This document shows, one piece after another, positions 53,620 through 64,000 of a stretch of 64,000 nt of DNA; the first letter of the stretch is position 1, and each line of letters begins with the position of its first letter. Made by a program: the position numbers and the translations under genes. This DNA is from Chiloscyllium plagiosum. Lineage: Eukaryota. The notes under the pieces were generated by a model, which saw only the letters and a list, made by a program, of their open reading frames with translations, had not been told where the DNA came from and ran no database searches. The DNA lies in contig NC_057724.1 in assembly GCF_004010195.1 (NCBI RefSeq), positions 53,891,520 through 53,955,519 of the forward strand, read 5' to 3'.

Positions 53620-54130
53620 TCACAGCTGACTAAAACAGCAAATGTTGCACCTTTGTTCAACAAAAGAGGGAAACAAAAAAACACAGCACTATGAGAGCTT
53701 ATGGTGAAGGGGATAATACATAAACAAGGGGATATTTGGTTTGGTAACAGGCTGCAGGGAGTAGGGATAAAGGCCTTTCCCAGTTTGCCAAGGTGTTACT
53801 ACCAGATCAGTGCTGGGGAGTCAACTATTCACTTTCTGGGACTGGAATGAATTTATTATGGAAGTTGAATTTGCAATGACACCAGGGTAAGGAGAAAAAT
53901 AGTCTTTCTGGAGGAGGTAAACAGTCTGCAAAGAGATACAGAGTTAAATGACTGTGCAAAAAAGTTGACAGCTGCTGTAAAATTTTGGAAAATATGAACT
54001 CATCAATATTAGCAGAAAAATAGAGAAGCAGTATTTAAATCGAGACAGATTGCAGAACTCATTATATAGATGAATCTGGGTGCTCTGGTACCTAAATGAC
54101 AAAAGGTTAGCATGCAGATGAATCCTTGGG
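53620..54130 (+). mobile_element. Old CR1 LINE RT fragment
   Basis: gatcagtgctgggg..actattcac..atttgcaatgacacc degenerate RT motifs. Confidence 0.55.
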
Positions 54131-54415
54131 CCTATTTGTGAAAACATACAGAGATCAAAATACCTTTATTGCTTCACACAGAGCTTACTTCACTATTCAA
54201 ATACACATTCTCCCTCCTTCTAGTTGATTCTTCTTTTTATAATTTTTGTTTTAATCACAATGTTCAGACAAGTTATAAAACATCTATGAGCAGGAGAGAT
54301 TTGCACCCAGGCCTTTTAACTCAGAGACAGGAACACTACAAGTACACCACAAGAGCCTTAATTATTTTTAATCCACTTGTTCAGGGCAGGTAGGACTTTA
54401 ATCTAGACCTAGGAG

Positions 54416-54632
54416 AAAGTGAGGACTGTAGATGCTGGAGATCAGAGTTGAGAATGGGGTGCTGGAAAAGCACAGCAGGTTGGGCAGCATGTGAGGAGCA
54501 GAAGAGTCAATGTTTCAGGCATTGCTCTTCATCAGCCCTTTCTGATGAAGGGCTCTTGGCCAAAACATCAATTCTCCTACTCCTCGGATGCTGCCTGATC
54601 TGCTGTGCTTTTCCAGCACCACACTCTCGACT
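54416..54632. mobile_element. Palindromic Penelope-derived element with two decayed hammerheads
   Basis: Arms ~54446-54535 and 54542-54632 are inverted; CTGATGAAGGGC..CAAAACATC. Confidence 0.78.
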
Positions 54633-55794
54633 TTAATTCAGAGCTACTGGCCCTGGAATAAGATCACCATCACTGCACCACAAGACCTTGTATTCTTTTT
54701 CTGGCATTTCAGATAAAATCCAAATTCCTATAGCAATGAAAGTGGAGATGATGAGGACTAAGTCTGACCTGTTTCTTAAAATCAATCTGTTCAGATGTGC
54801 CAAGACACATATCTGGAGCCAGTGAGAGTTGAACCCAAACTTTCTAGTCAAGTGGCACTAATACTACTACAATCAGTATTAAATTGTATATCTCACCCCC
54901 ATCTTGAAAACAGTAGAAGTCAATAAGATTACAAAGTGAGTATTTCTTTGTTTTCATCATCCATTATAACACAAGGCATGCCTCTTTCAAGGTATACAAT
55001 TATTACTTTTGGAAAAGCACTTCTTTTTTGAAGAAAATTTGATAGCTGACAAGTTGCATTGACTCATTCAATATTTGAAATCTCATTTCTTTCCAGCATC
55101 TCTTTTATACTCACCAGATCAATCCTTAGTCTCTTTTCTGTGACATTCTTCATCAAGTAGACATTGTTTCACAGAGAACAATTACCATGTTTCTTTTTCA
55201 TGATTGCCCATTACTGTATATAGGTGTGCCTTTAAAATACTTGAAGACCTAGACAGACCTGTTGTTTCTCCCAGTGCAAGTGTCCAAGCACCTAAGCTGC
55301 TTTTAATTATTCCATTTATTTTGTTTTTTTTATTCCCAAGCTAATGAACAACATTTGTCATTTAAAACAAAAATTGCTGGAGAAATATGACAGTTCTGGC
55401 AGCATCAATAGGGAGAAAAACAGAGCTAACGTTTCAAAACCAGTGACCCTTCATCAGAAGAAATTATATTTGTCATCAAGTGCAGCAGGATTCATTATAA
55501 TTTTCATTTGTCATTTGTCATTCTTCCCACTAAAACTATAATAAATCCTGCTGTGCTTGAATAACCATCAGGAAGATCAGCTTCATGTCTGGAAGTAGAA
55601 ATACTATCACTGTACCACAAACAACCCATGTTAGTTTTAATAGACAATTTCTGAACAACCTGTTCAGAGATAGTTATGACACACCTTTGCAGTAGGTGGT
55701 ACTTGAACCCAGGCCTCTTGGCTCAGAGATGGGTGCATTATCACTGCATTATAACTGATTAATTTCCAACATGTTTTTGCATCATTCCCTTAAC

Positions 55795-56405
55795 ATCTAG
55801 TATGTGTTAGAAAGGCAAATGGAATGGTGGCATTTATTGCATGGGAGCAGAATATAAAAGGAGAGAAATTTTACTACAGTTGTATAGGATCTTAGTAAAA
55901 CCACATCTGGAATTCTGGTCTTTTTATTTGAAATTTAATTTAATTTTATCAGAAGCAGTTCAGAAAAGTTTCACTTAATTCATTTCTGAGGTGAAGAGTT
56001 TATCTGACAAAGAAAGGTGGAACAAGTTGACCCTGTATGTGTTGGAGCTTTGAAGAATGAGCAGTGATGAGAAGAACCTGAGGTAACATGATTAGGTGGA
56101 CAACGGGAGTATGTTTCCTATTTTTGGCAGAGACTAGAACTGGTGAACACAGTTTGAGAATAAGTGATCTCCTTTTCAAGATGGAAATGAAAAAAAATCT
56201 TTCAGAGTTGTTAGACTGGAATTTTTATTCCAAATGCATTTATTCAAGGCTGAGTCGGATAGATTTTTGACAGACAAGTATGGAGGGCAAACAGGCAAGT
56301 GGAGTTGAGACCACAACCAGATTAGCCAAGATCTTATAGACTAGCTGAGCAGGTTTGAAGGACTGAATGGTCTTCTCCTACTTCTAAGTTCTGTGCTTCT
56401 CTATG
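55795..56405 (+). mobile_element. CR1 LINE 3' fragment
   Basis: aaggcaaatggaat..ggcatttattgc..ccacatctggaa; 3' tail. Confidence 0.75.
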
Positions 56406-56559
56406 TACAAGTCGAACTATAATTTGATTTTTCCACAACAATGTTGACATTTGTTGGTGGCACATTTGCTCTATGCAGTCTTACGGCACAATGGAGAGCA
56501 TCGTTGCTTCCTGCTTCAGAGTAGGAAGCTATGGGTTTGAGTCTCATTCCAGAACTTAT

Positions 56560-56850
56560 TGGGCAACATGGAGGCTCACTGGTTAGCACTTCTACCTCAC
56601 AAGGCCAGAGATCTGGTTCAATTCCAGCCTTGGGTGACTGTGTGGAGATTGCACATTCTCTGCATGCAATTCTGCCGAATACTTCTGTTTCCTCCCACAG
56701 TCCAAAGATGTGCAGCCTAACTGGATAATAAATACAGGGTTATGGGGATAGGGTAAGGGGCTGTGTTTGGGTGGGATGCTCTTTGGAGCGTTGGTACAGA
56801 CTTGATGAGCTACATAGTCTCTTTCTGCACTATAGGGATTCTATGATTTG
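56560..56850 (+). mobile_element. Decayed HE1-type SINE
   Basis: ggttagcact..ggttcaattcc..tgtggagattgcacattctc. Confidence 0.8.
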
Positions 56851-58671
56851 ATGGCCAAGGAAGGTGCATTAGAAGTGCAGTCAAGCAAGTTGGTTACAAC
56901 ATAAGACAATGACAAGTTGTAAGAACAAGAGAAAAAATGTTGGAACTTTTATTATCACTCTTCATAGTTCCAAACTAATGCATGCACGTAAAAGTGTTCA
57001 TTATCACAGCAACAGGATTTTCTGAGGAAACTGTAATACACCATTTTTGCTGTTATCTCAGTTCATTTACTCTCTGTTAATAACAGCAGTAAAGAAACTC
57101 AAAGCTAAGGTTAGTTTCTTCTGTTCATAACAGAAAGCAGTTCGAGGATTTCTGCTGAGACTTATTTGTTCCTGCAAGGGTTGCATAAAGAATAAAAACC
57201 TGTCTATCCTGTCCCACTAACAATGAAACCTCTTCGGCAGAATTTTACAGGTTTACTTGTGGGGGATTGAGTGGAGGGAGGGGCTTATAAAATTTCTTGA
57301 ATGGTCATCCCACTACCTTCTGATCTTCCTACATGTCTCTATAATTTTATGGTCAGACTGGAGCAGGCTGAGCTGGCCAACGTGCCTATCCCTAATTAAA
57401 GCATTCAACATGGCAATTAGAGCTACTCCTGTTTCTTGCCCACCCTAAATTTTCAGGTGAATAGCAGATGTTCAGTATGCCAAGAAAGTACCCCTACTCA
57501 GACCTCAGGAGGGGTGGTGTAGAAGGGGTCACTCACATCAACAGCATCCTTCAACGTTGAACCAAATAATTTTTTAAAAACAGATCAGTGAAAGCTCTAT
57601 GGGTGATGCAACTGAGATTAGCTTTCAATTCCAGGTCTCATTATTTGAATTTAAGCTCCATCAAGTGTCATAGTGGAATTTGAACCCATGTACTCAAAGT
57701 TTTGGCCTGGCCCTCTAAAATATTCATCCACGTGGTATGTCGGTGAAACCTTCAGTACCATAACCTCCACCATGGGTAGGGAAAGGAGACAGATCACAAA
57801 TTCAGACAGAATGGTAATTGAATACCTGTAGACACCAACCTAATCCACAAATGAACCCCTCCCAATTCCTTAGGAAATCTGAGTTGCTATGGCAACATCC
57901 TGTTTTACATGTATATTGTAAATCAAAACTATGGATGGTGATGGTAGAGTTACCAAATCCTTTCCATCATATGGTTGACCAAAGATCTCTTTCAGTCTTA
58001 CAATTTGTCATTGTCATATGTTGGAAGTATTGACAAGTTAACCCTCAACTTTTTTCAATACATTATGAATGCATGTTCTTTGACCATCGCGTTGTAAAAT
58101 GGGAGTCAACTCAGCTTCTAGCTTAAAGGCTACACTGCACAATGAGCTACCAAACATTGTGTATTAACCTTAGAATTCAAATGTAAATGTTTAATGCACA
58201 AATCTTTTCTAAATAGTTTTCAATATTAGAGGTTCAAATTCAGTTCAATTATGTTAAAAAGTAATTCAGCATCCTGACTGTAAACCTGCATTGAAATTAG
58301 TAATTGTAAGTGATAAACGTTTTGTAATCATTAAGAATTAGGCTCTTAAGGGGACTCCTTAAATTAATGGGATGAAATGGCTGAGTTTTGTTTAATGAAG
58401 TTGACACGCTTGTATTACTAGAGGGTTACTGGTGACATAGCATTGTCTCTGTCCTTGCTACTGATAATTCTTCTTTGGAAGACAAAGAAGTGAAATATTG
58501 CATTTGAATTATCAACTGGCAATAAAGTCAAATCTGCTGTATGAGTTTGTTCCTCATACTGTGTTGCTGAAACATTTCCTCTTGTTAAGAATTACTGGAA
58601 ATATTTTACAGAAATGCCTATAGGATTCAATGTGTCAGTTTTGTTTACTGCTTTTGTCTGTTTTCGATTAG

Positions 58672-58980
58672 ATCAGCCAGATGACTTGCACCTCAAAGCA
58701 AATGCCAATGAATCTCGAACTGAGGGAGATGACCTAAATCTCACCTGTCTTGTTCGAAATTTCTTAATGCATGAACCTGCATGGTATTACCAGTCCTCAC
58801 CGAATTTATCAGAAGTTAAACTGAACCAATACACTCAGAAAGTGCATGGAAACTACTCCAAAACATTATTTCTCAGTATGAAAAATGTGACTGAAAACAA
58901 CACCGGAATTTACAAATGCAAAACAATGAACAACGCTTCCAAAGAGCAGTACGAGAAATACACTATGGTCTTCATAAAGC
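58672..58980 (+). CDS. kdrl: VEGFR exon ~13, Ig6 (DQPDDLHLKANANESRTEGDDLNLTCLVRNF...TGIYKCKTMNNASKEQYEKYTMVFIK)
   Basis: ttttcgattag| acceptor, C|gtgagt donor, 309 nt, phase 1 to 1; lies inside ORF 58614..59012. Confidence 0.9.
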
Positions 58981-59879
58981 GTGAGTCTCTCAAAACATCT
59001 TTACAATTTTAGTTATTTAGAGGTCCCAGTCCTGAACATTTCAAATCTGACCCATCAGCTTAGCTGCTTACTAAATCACTTTAGTATCTGTACTGTACTG
59101 TACCATTCTTGACATTTACCTGATTGATGCCAGGTCTGTCTTGAGTTAGCTGATCTCCACGGTCAAGAACCCATCATTTACATGAGTTCCTCTGGATAAG
59201 GGACATAGAAATTTTTATAGTTCCTTAACAGGACTGTTCCACTGAGAAGAGGTTGAGTAGGTGGGCCTGTACTCAATGAAGTTTGGAAGAATGAGAGAAA
59301 ACCTTATTGAAACATATAAGACTCTCAAGGGACTTGAGAGTCTAGGACCAGAGGCAGGAAGTCATTTATATAAGACAGAGATATGAAGGAATTTCTTCTT
59401 TCAGAGGATAGTCAAACTGTCATATTCTTTACCAAATAAATGCAAAAGCAAAACTGGTGAGTGCATTCTTGTGTCAAATATTAAGTGGTCTCATGTTGGC
59501 CATCCTAATTACATTTTAGCTTCACACCAAAAGACCAAAAGGAAAAAAGGAGTAGTGTATTCAGCTCCTGTGCCGTTCAATAGGATTATAGATAATATTA
59601 ATGTTTTAAATTGAAATTCAATTACAATAAAAATATTTGCAAAGCCATTAGTAATTTTCCATTAGTAATAAGTGCAGAATAGATTAAGGGTAGTGTAGTG
59701 TAGTTTTGAGCTCACGATGTAGAACTGTCCAAATAATAATGTAAATCAAAATGTTATCATATAAAGCTTAAAAATCTGAATTTGGTTTAGTAAAAGCTGG
59801 TATTATTAAGAACTAACCATAATGCTGTTCAATTGTTATAACAGCCTGCCCCTGCTTTCCAATACAATAGTTCGGCACA

Positions 59880-61570
59880 GGATCAAGCCTCAGTATATTA
59901 TTTCCTTACTCGCGCTTTCCTGGACCTAACACTGACCCTTTTGATACCACACTCGTAATAGCTTGCCTTCTTGATCTGTTTATTGCTACTTTCTGTTTTC
60001 TGCCTATTAAGCAATATTGAGTCTGTATTAATATATTTTCCCCCAGTACAATGCCTTCAAAATGTGTTGGACCTTAGCAAAAACCATTCTAAATAACCAA
60101 ATATTCGACATTCACCAGTTCTCCTTTGTCCATGTTACAAATAACCGCTTTGAAAATCTCCAACAAGTTTGACAAATATGATTTCCCTTTCATAAATACT
60201 ACTTGACACTACCTAATTTTACCAGTTGTCATTGGTAAATAGATTCTAACATTTTCTCTAGAGCAGAGGTCAAGTTAACAGATCTGTAGTTCTCCATTCT
60301 TTCTTGTCCTCCCTTCTTAAATAGTGAACTTATATTTTTGACCTTACAGTTAGCAGGAACATTTCCAGCATCTGTAGAAATATGAAGAATAACCATCCAT
60401 GCATCCAATATCTCTACTGCTATTTCCTTCAACAATCAAGTATGCAGTTCATCTGGTCCAGGAGATATAGCAATCTTCAATCCAGCCATTTTTTTCAACT
60501 GCTACCTCTGTACTAAAACTAATATCATTTAGCTCTTTAATTACCCTTGATCTCTAAATATTTCAGAGAGATTTTCTATACTAACTTGCACAAAGCAGGC
60601 ACAAAGTAATTATTTCGTATCTCCACCATTTCCCTGTTCTCCACTATAAATTCTCTTGCTCCCCTCCTCCCACCCCCACAGCAATGAGTGCATATTTATC
60701 TTTGGTAATTTTTTTTTCTTTTCACCAGTCAATAGAAGATTTATGTCTCTGCCTAGCATGCACTTGTATTCTTCCTTTCCTTTTCCTTGTCAGCTTTTTG
60801 ACCTCCCTTTGAAAGATTATAAATTGCTCCCAAGCCTTCCCACTTTTTCTGACAGTCTTATTAGACACCTCTTTTGATCTAATGAAATCTTGCACATATT
60901 TCACATTTCCCTTTAGGTGGTCATACTTAGCGGAATGTGTATTTGTGGTTTTACAGTGTTTATTCACATACTAGTCATTGCCCGTCTGCCATCAAATGTT
61001 TTTGTATATTTTCCTAAACCACCCCAGTCATCACACTTCTAATAACCTCATAGCTTCATTTGCCTGGATTTAAGTTCCTAGTTTCACCATGAGCTTTGTT
61101 GCATTCAAGTTTCATGTAAAATGGTCACTATAAAGGCTTCTTTACAGCAAAGTTTCTATTTAGATTTTTCCCATTACACACTACCAAATCCAAAACAGAC
61201 TGATGCCTAGTTAGCTCCTCAACACACTGTACCTGAATTGCATCTCATAAACAGTGCAGGAAATCATCCTCTGCAGCATTAGTGCTGATTTGGTGAACTT
61301 AAGCTACATGTAAATTAGTCATCCAGTATTATTATATTGCCCACATGAAATGCATCTCTAATTGCATAGTTTATAGTGAGCCCAACATCCATATTGAAGT
61401 TTAGTTTTCTATAAACAACTCCCAGCAATGTTTGTTTCCCTTCAGCTCCATCCACACAGATTCTACATCTTGATTCTTGAATCAAAGATCATTGCTTATT
61501 AATGTACTGGTGTCATTTCTTCTTAGGAGTGCGTTCCCGTCTCTTTTTCATTTTGCCTTCCCTTCTTAAA
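59880..61570 (-). mobile_element. Old CR1 LINE fragment
   Basis: LKEIAVEILDA..LFKKGGQERMENYRSVNLTS. Confidence 0.75.
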
Positions 61571-61782
61571 TATAGAACCTAGTTGGAGCTTCAGAAATCT
61601 CCTGGAATTAACCAAAATGCATCCAATAAAGAGAAAAATCTCTGCTTTTATCTCCTCCAGTGATCAAAACCAGTTTAGGAAACCTCATTGAAATCACTTC
61701 AGTCAGGAAAAGAGAAGAGAACTGAAAAAAAGTGTTAAATTAACAGTTGAAAATGGTTCTTTTTTTTCCCCTATCATTGCAG

Positions 61783-61929
61783 CTAAGACCATCCCGATTC
61801 TTCAAAAAAACCTGACAGGGCAGGAGGTCAACAGCAGTGGCACTGTGATCCTGACTTGCGATGTCAGTGGACGACCACCTCCCAGCATCACCTGGTACAA
61901 AAATGAACAACAGGTTCTTCCAGCTTCAG
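61783..61929 (+). CDS. kdrl: VEGFR exon ~14, Ig7 N-half (PKTIPILQKNLTGQEVNSSGTVILTCDVSGRPPPSITWYKNEQQVLPAS)
   Basis: ttttccccta tcattgcag| acceptor, G|gtgaat donor, 147 nt, phase 1 to 1; C..SG.P.P.ITWYKN I-set motif. Confidence 0.93.
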
Positions 61930-62994
61930 GTGAATTACACGATATTTTCCATCTCTTTTTCTTTTTCTGAACAAAGTGCTAAAGCTAATAGGAGTGTAAC
62001 CTTATTAATCTGAAAGCTAATGGTCTTTTCAAACATGATAATTTTCTTATACATTGGGCCTTGGTGCTTCACCTTCCTTGGTAAGGAAAAACAAACTCCA
62101 AAATAATAAAAAGAGATTTCAAAGCTGATACTTTTTAAAGTTACATGTACTCACTTGTTTTTAGGTGTATCGCTAAACAGTATTAGCTTCTTTTAAACAT
62201 CTATCTTCTGTCCATCTGGAAGTGGTATTCAAGGCATGTGGAGCAGTTGTCAAGAGAATAACTGCCCTTTCACATGTGAAATGTATAGACAACAGAGCCT
62301 GGCAAATTTTTTAAAGCTTTAAAGTTCAGACAGTTGCCTTATTGCTGATGGTTTATATTCCAATGTCATATTCACCTTGAACTTTGAGAAACATTCCCAT
62401 CTGTCTACGTAACAATAGTCACTGTATTTCATTTTGCACAAAAAGCTTTCAAATCTTTTGATGTGATGGATGCTGAAGAAATACAGGTATTAGTCACAGT
62501 ATTTTTATACAATTTCAAAGCATAATAATGCTCAAAATATCACATTCATTTAAATTTCAATATTTCAATGTACACAAAAATTCAAAGTCAGAAAAAGTTG
62601 CATAATTCCCAACAATTTGACCTTGATTATTTTATTCCTGTCAATCAATTTTTATTCATTTTCGCCTTTATGGATTTTCTTCAGTTTTGTTTAAATTTCT
62701 ATCAATAATTTTTACTCATATGTCCTCTGTTCAATAACATCTGGGGGTGAATCAGTGCACTTACAATGAGCAGCAGCATTGCAAAGATGTTTACTGAGTT
62801 TCTAACAAAGGAAACACATCATACTCTCAAGATAAATGTGTCAAGTCCATAAATTGTATCTTATGCCAATTTTTATGTCTTCTAACATGTACCTTATAAA
62901 TAAATCTGGTTTATGGGCAACCATAAAGTATAGGGTGCAGTATATAAACCAGATTGAGCTGTGGTTGCCTGAAAACAGATACAATTAGCTTGTT

Positions 62995-63620
62995 TTTTAA
63001 TTCATTCATGAGATGTAAGTTACGCCAGCTAGACCAGCATTTATTGTCCAACTTAATGGCCGAGAGGGCAGTTTACATTGCTCTGTGACTGAAGTCACAT
63101 GCAGACCAGACAACATCCTTTCTTAAAGGTAATTAGTGAACCTGTGTATTTTTTCCCCAACAGTTAACAATGGTTTAATCATCATTAATTCTAGATTTTC
63201 ATTGAATTCAAATTCCACCATTTGTGAGAAGATTTGTAGCTCGGGTGCTCGTTGCTGTGGTTCTGTTCGCCGAGCTGGAAGTTTTTGTTGCAAACGTTCC
63301 GTCCCCTGTCTAGGTGACATCCTCAGTGCTTGGGAGCCTCCTGTGAAGCGCTTCTGTGGTGTTTCCTCCGGCATTTATAGTGGCCTATCCCTGCCGCTTC
63401 CGGTTGTCAACAGAAGCGCTTCACAGGAGGCTCCCAAGCACTGAGGATGTCACCTAGACAGGGGACGAAATGTTTGCAACAAAAACTTCCAGCTCGGCGA
63501 ACAGAACCACAGCAATTCCACCATCTACCACAGTCAGATTTGAGCCTAGGGCCCCAGAATATTATATAAATCTCTGGATTAATAGTCAAGCAACAATACC
63601 ATTAGGCCATCACCTCCCCT
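62995..63620 (-). mobile_element. SacSINE1-like SINE interrupted by a palindromic insertion
   Basis: ttcattcatgagatg..ccagcatttattg..agtcacatg; resumes after 63524. Confidence 0.6.
63222..63513. mobile_element. Young palindromic Penelope-derived element with hammerhead motifs
   Basis: 106-bp inverted arms 63252-63357 and 63410-63515; 11-bp TSD AATTCCACCAT (63211-63221, 63514-63524). Confidence 0.85.
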
Positions 63621-64000
63621 TGCAAGCCAAAGGTTTATGTTGTACTGTGGCATAACAATAAGGAAGGCCTTTGATTAAATCCTCAATTTCTACCAACGTA
63701 CCTGACTTCAGCCAGACTTCGAGCACAGATGCAATAAGTTGCCTCAACAGTTCAGGGTTGGAGGAAGGAAACATTAGTAAACATCCCTATGATTGATGGC
63801 TGGGTAGTATGGTTGTTTGGAGGCCAGCTCAGAACTAGAAATCAACTGCGCTATGAGGCCTTCTTTAGTTAAATTGCTTAGATTATATTGTAATCACTGT
63901 CCAGTCTCCAACACAAAAAAAACCCTCTAACTGTGGAACTGCCATTAGCTGGGTTCAGTGCATTCTGGAGAAGTGGAAAGAAAAAATGGACAAGAGGAGG

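Larger units (their letters stand above)
624..61929 (+). other. kdrl: Partial VEGF receptor gene (FLT1/KDRL branch, probably kdr-like/VEGFR4), coding exons ~4-14, extracellular Ig2-Ig7
   Basis: 11 exons with AG/GT boundaries and compatible phases (1722 nt, no stop). Motifs IPCRVT, W-D-K-GF, KVNAFPAPEVSW, KPQIYDK, LTCTAFGIP, GNRIE, SGIYYCIATN, NFYIT and TEGDDLNLTC are VEGFR1-like. NLTGQEVNSSG and VLPASG in Ig7 resemble Kdrl more than FLT1 (from recall, not alignment). Confidence 0.75.

Noticed and set aside
624-61929. Assignment as KDR, FLT4 or a PDGFR/KIT-type receptor
   Set aside because: At least six Ig domains exclude the five-Ig class, and the motifs fit the FLT1/KDRL branch better. FLT1 itself is not fully excluded.
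63123-63655. Overlapping ORFs with the same peptide on both strands
   Set aside because: A consequence of the inverted repeat; no coding evidence.

Overview
Eukaryotic genomic DNA from a cartilaginous fish, probably a shark (HE1-type SINEs, HER1/CR1 LINEs). The window lies inside one + strand gene. Eleven GT-AG exons (624-61929) splice in frame into about 574 codons encoding Ig-like domains 2 to the start of 7 of a VEGF receptor. These correspond to exons 4-14 of the VEGFR layout, in the FLT1/KDRL branch, most likely kdrl (VEGFR4). The introns hold CR1/L2 LINE fragments (mostly antisense), tRNA-derived SINEs, a decayed Penelope-like element (RT + GIY-YIG), Tigger-type MITEs and a Harbinger relic. 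The most striking unannotated signal is a set of minimal type I hammerhead ribozyme motifs carried by palindromic Penelope-derived elements. One is a 2.2-kb composite insertion with a 15-bp target-site duplication, three intact-looking hammerheads and about 0.77 kb of apparently captured DNA. Also noted: candidate soluble-receptor termination sites and a candidate endothelial enhancer in intron 10. Exon coordinates were counted by hand; repeat boundaries are approximate.
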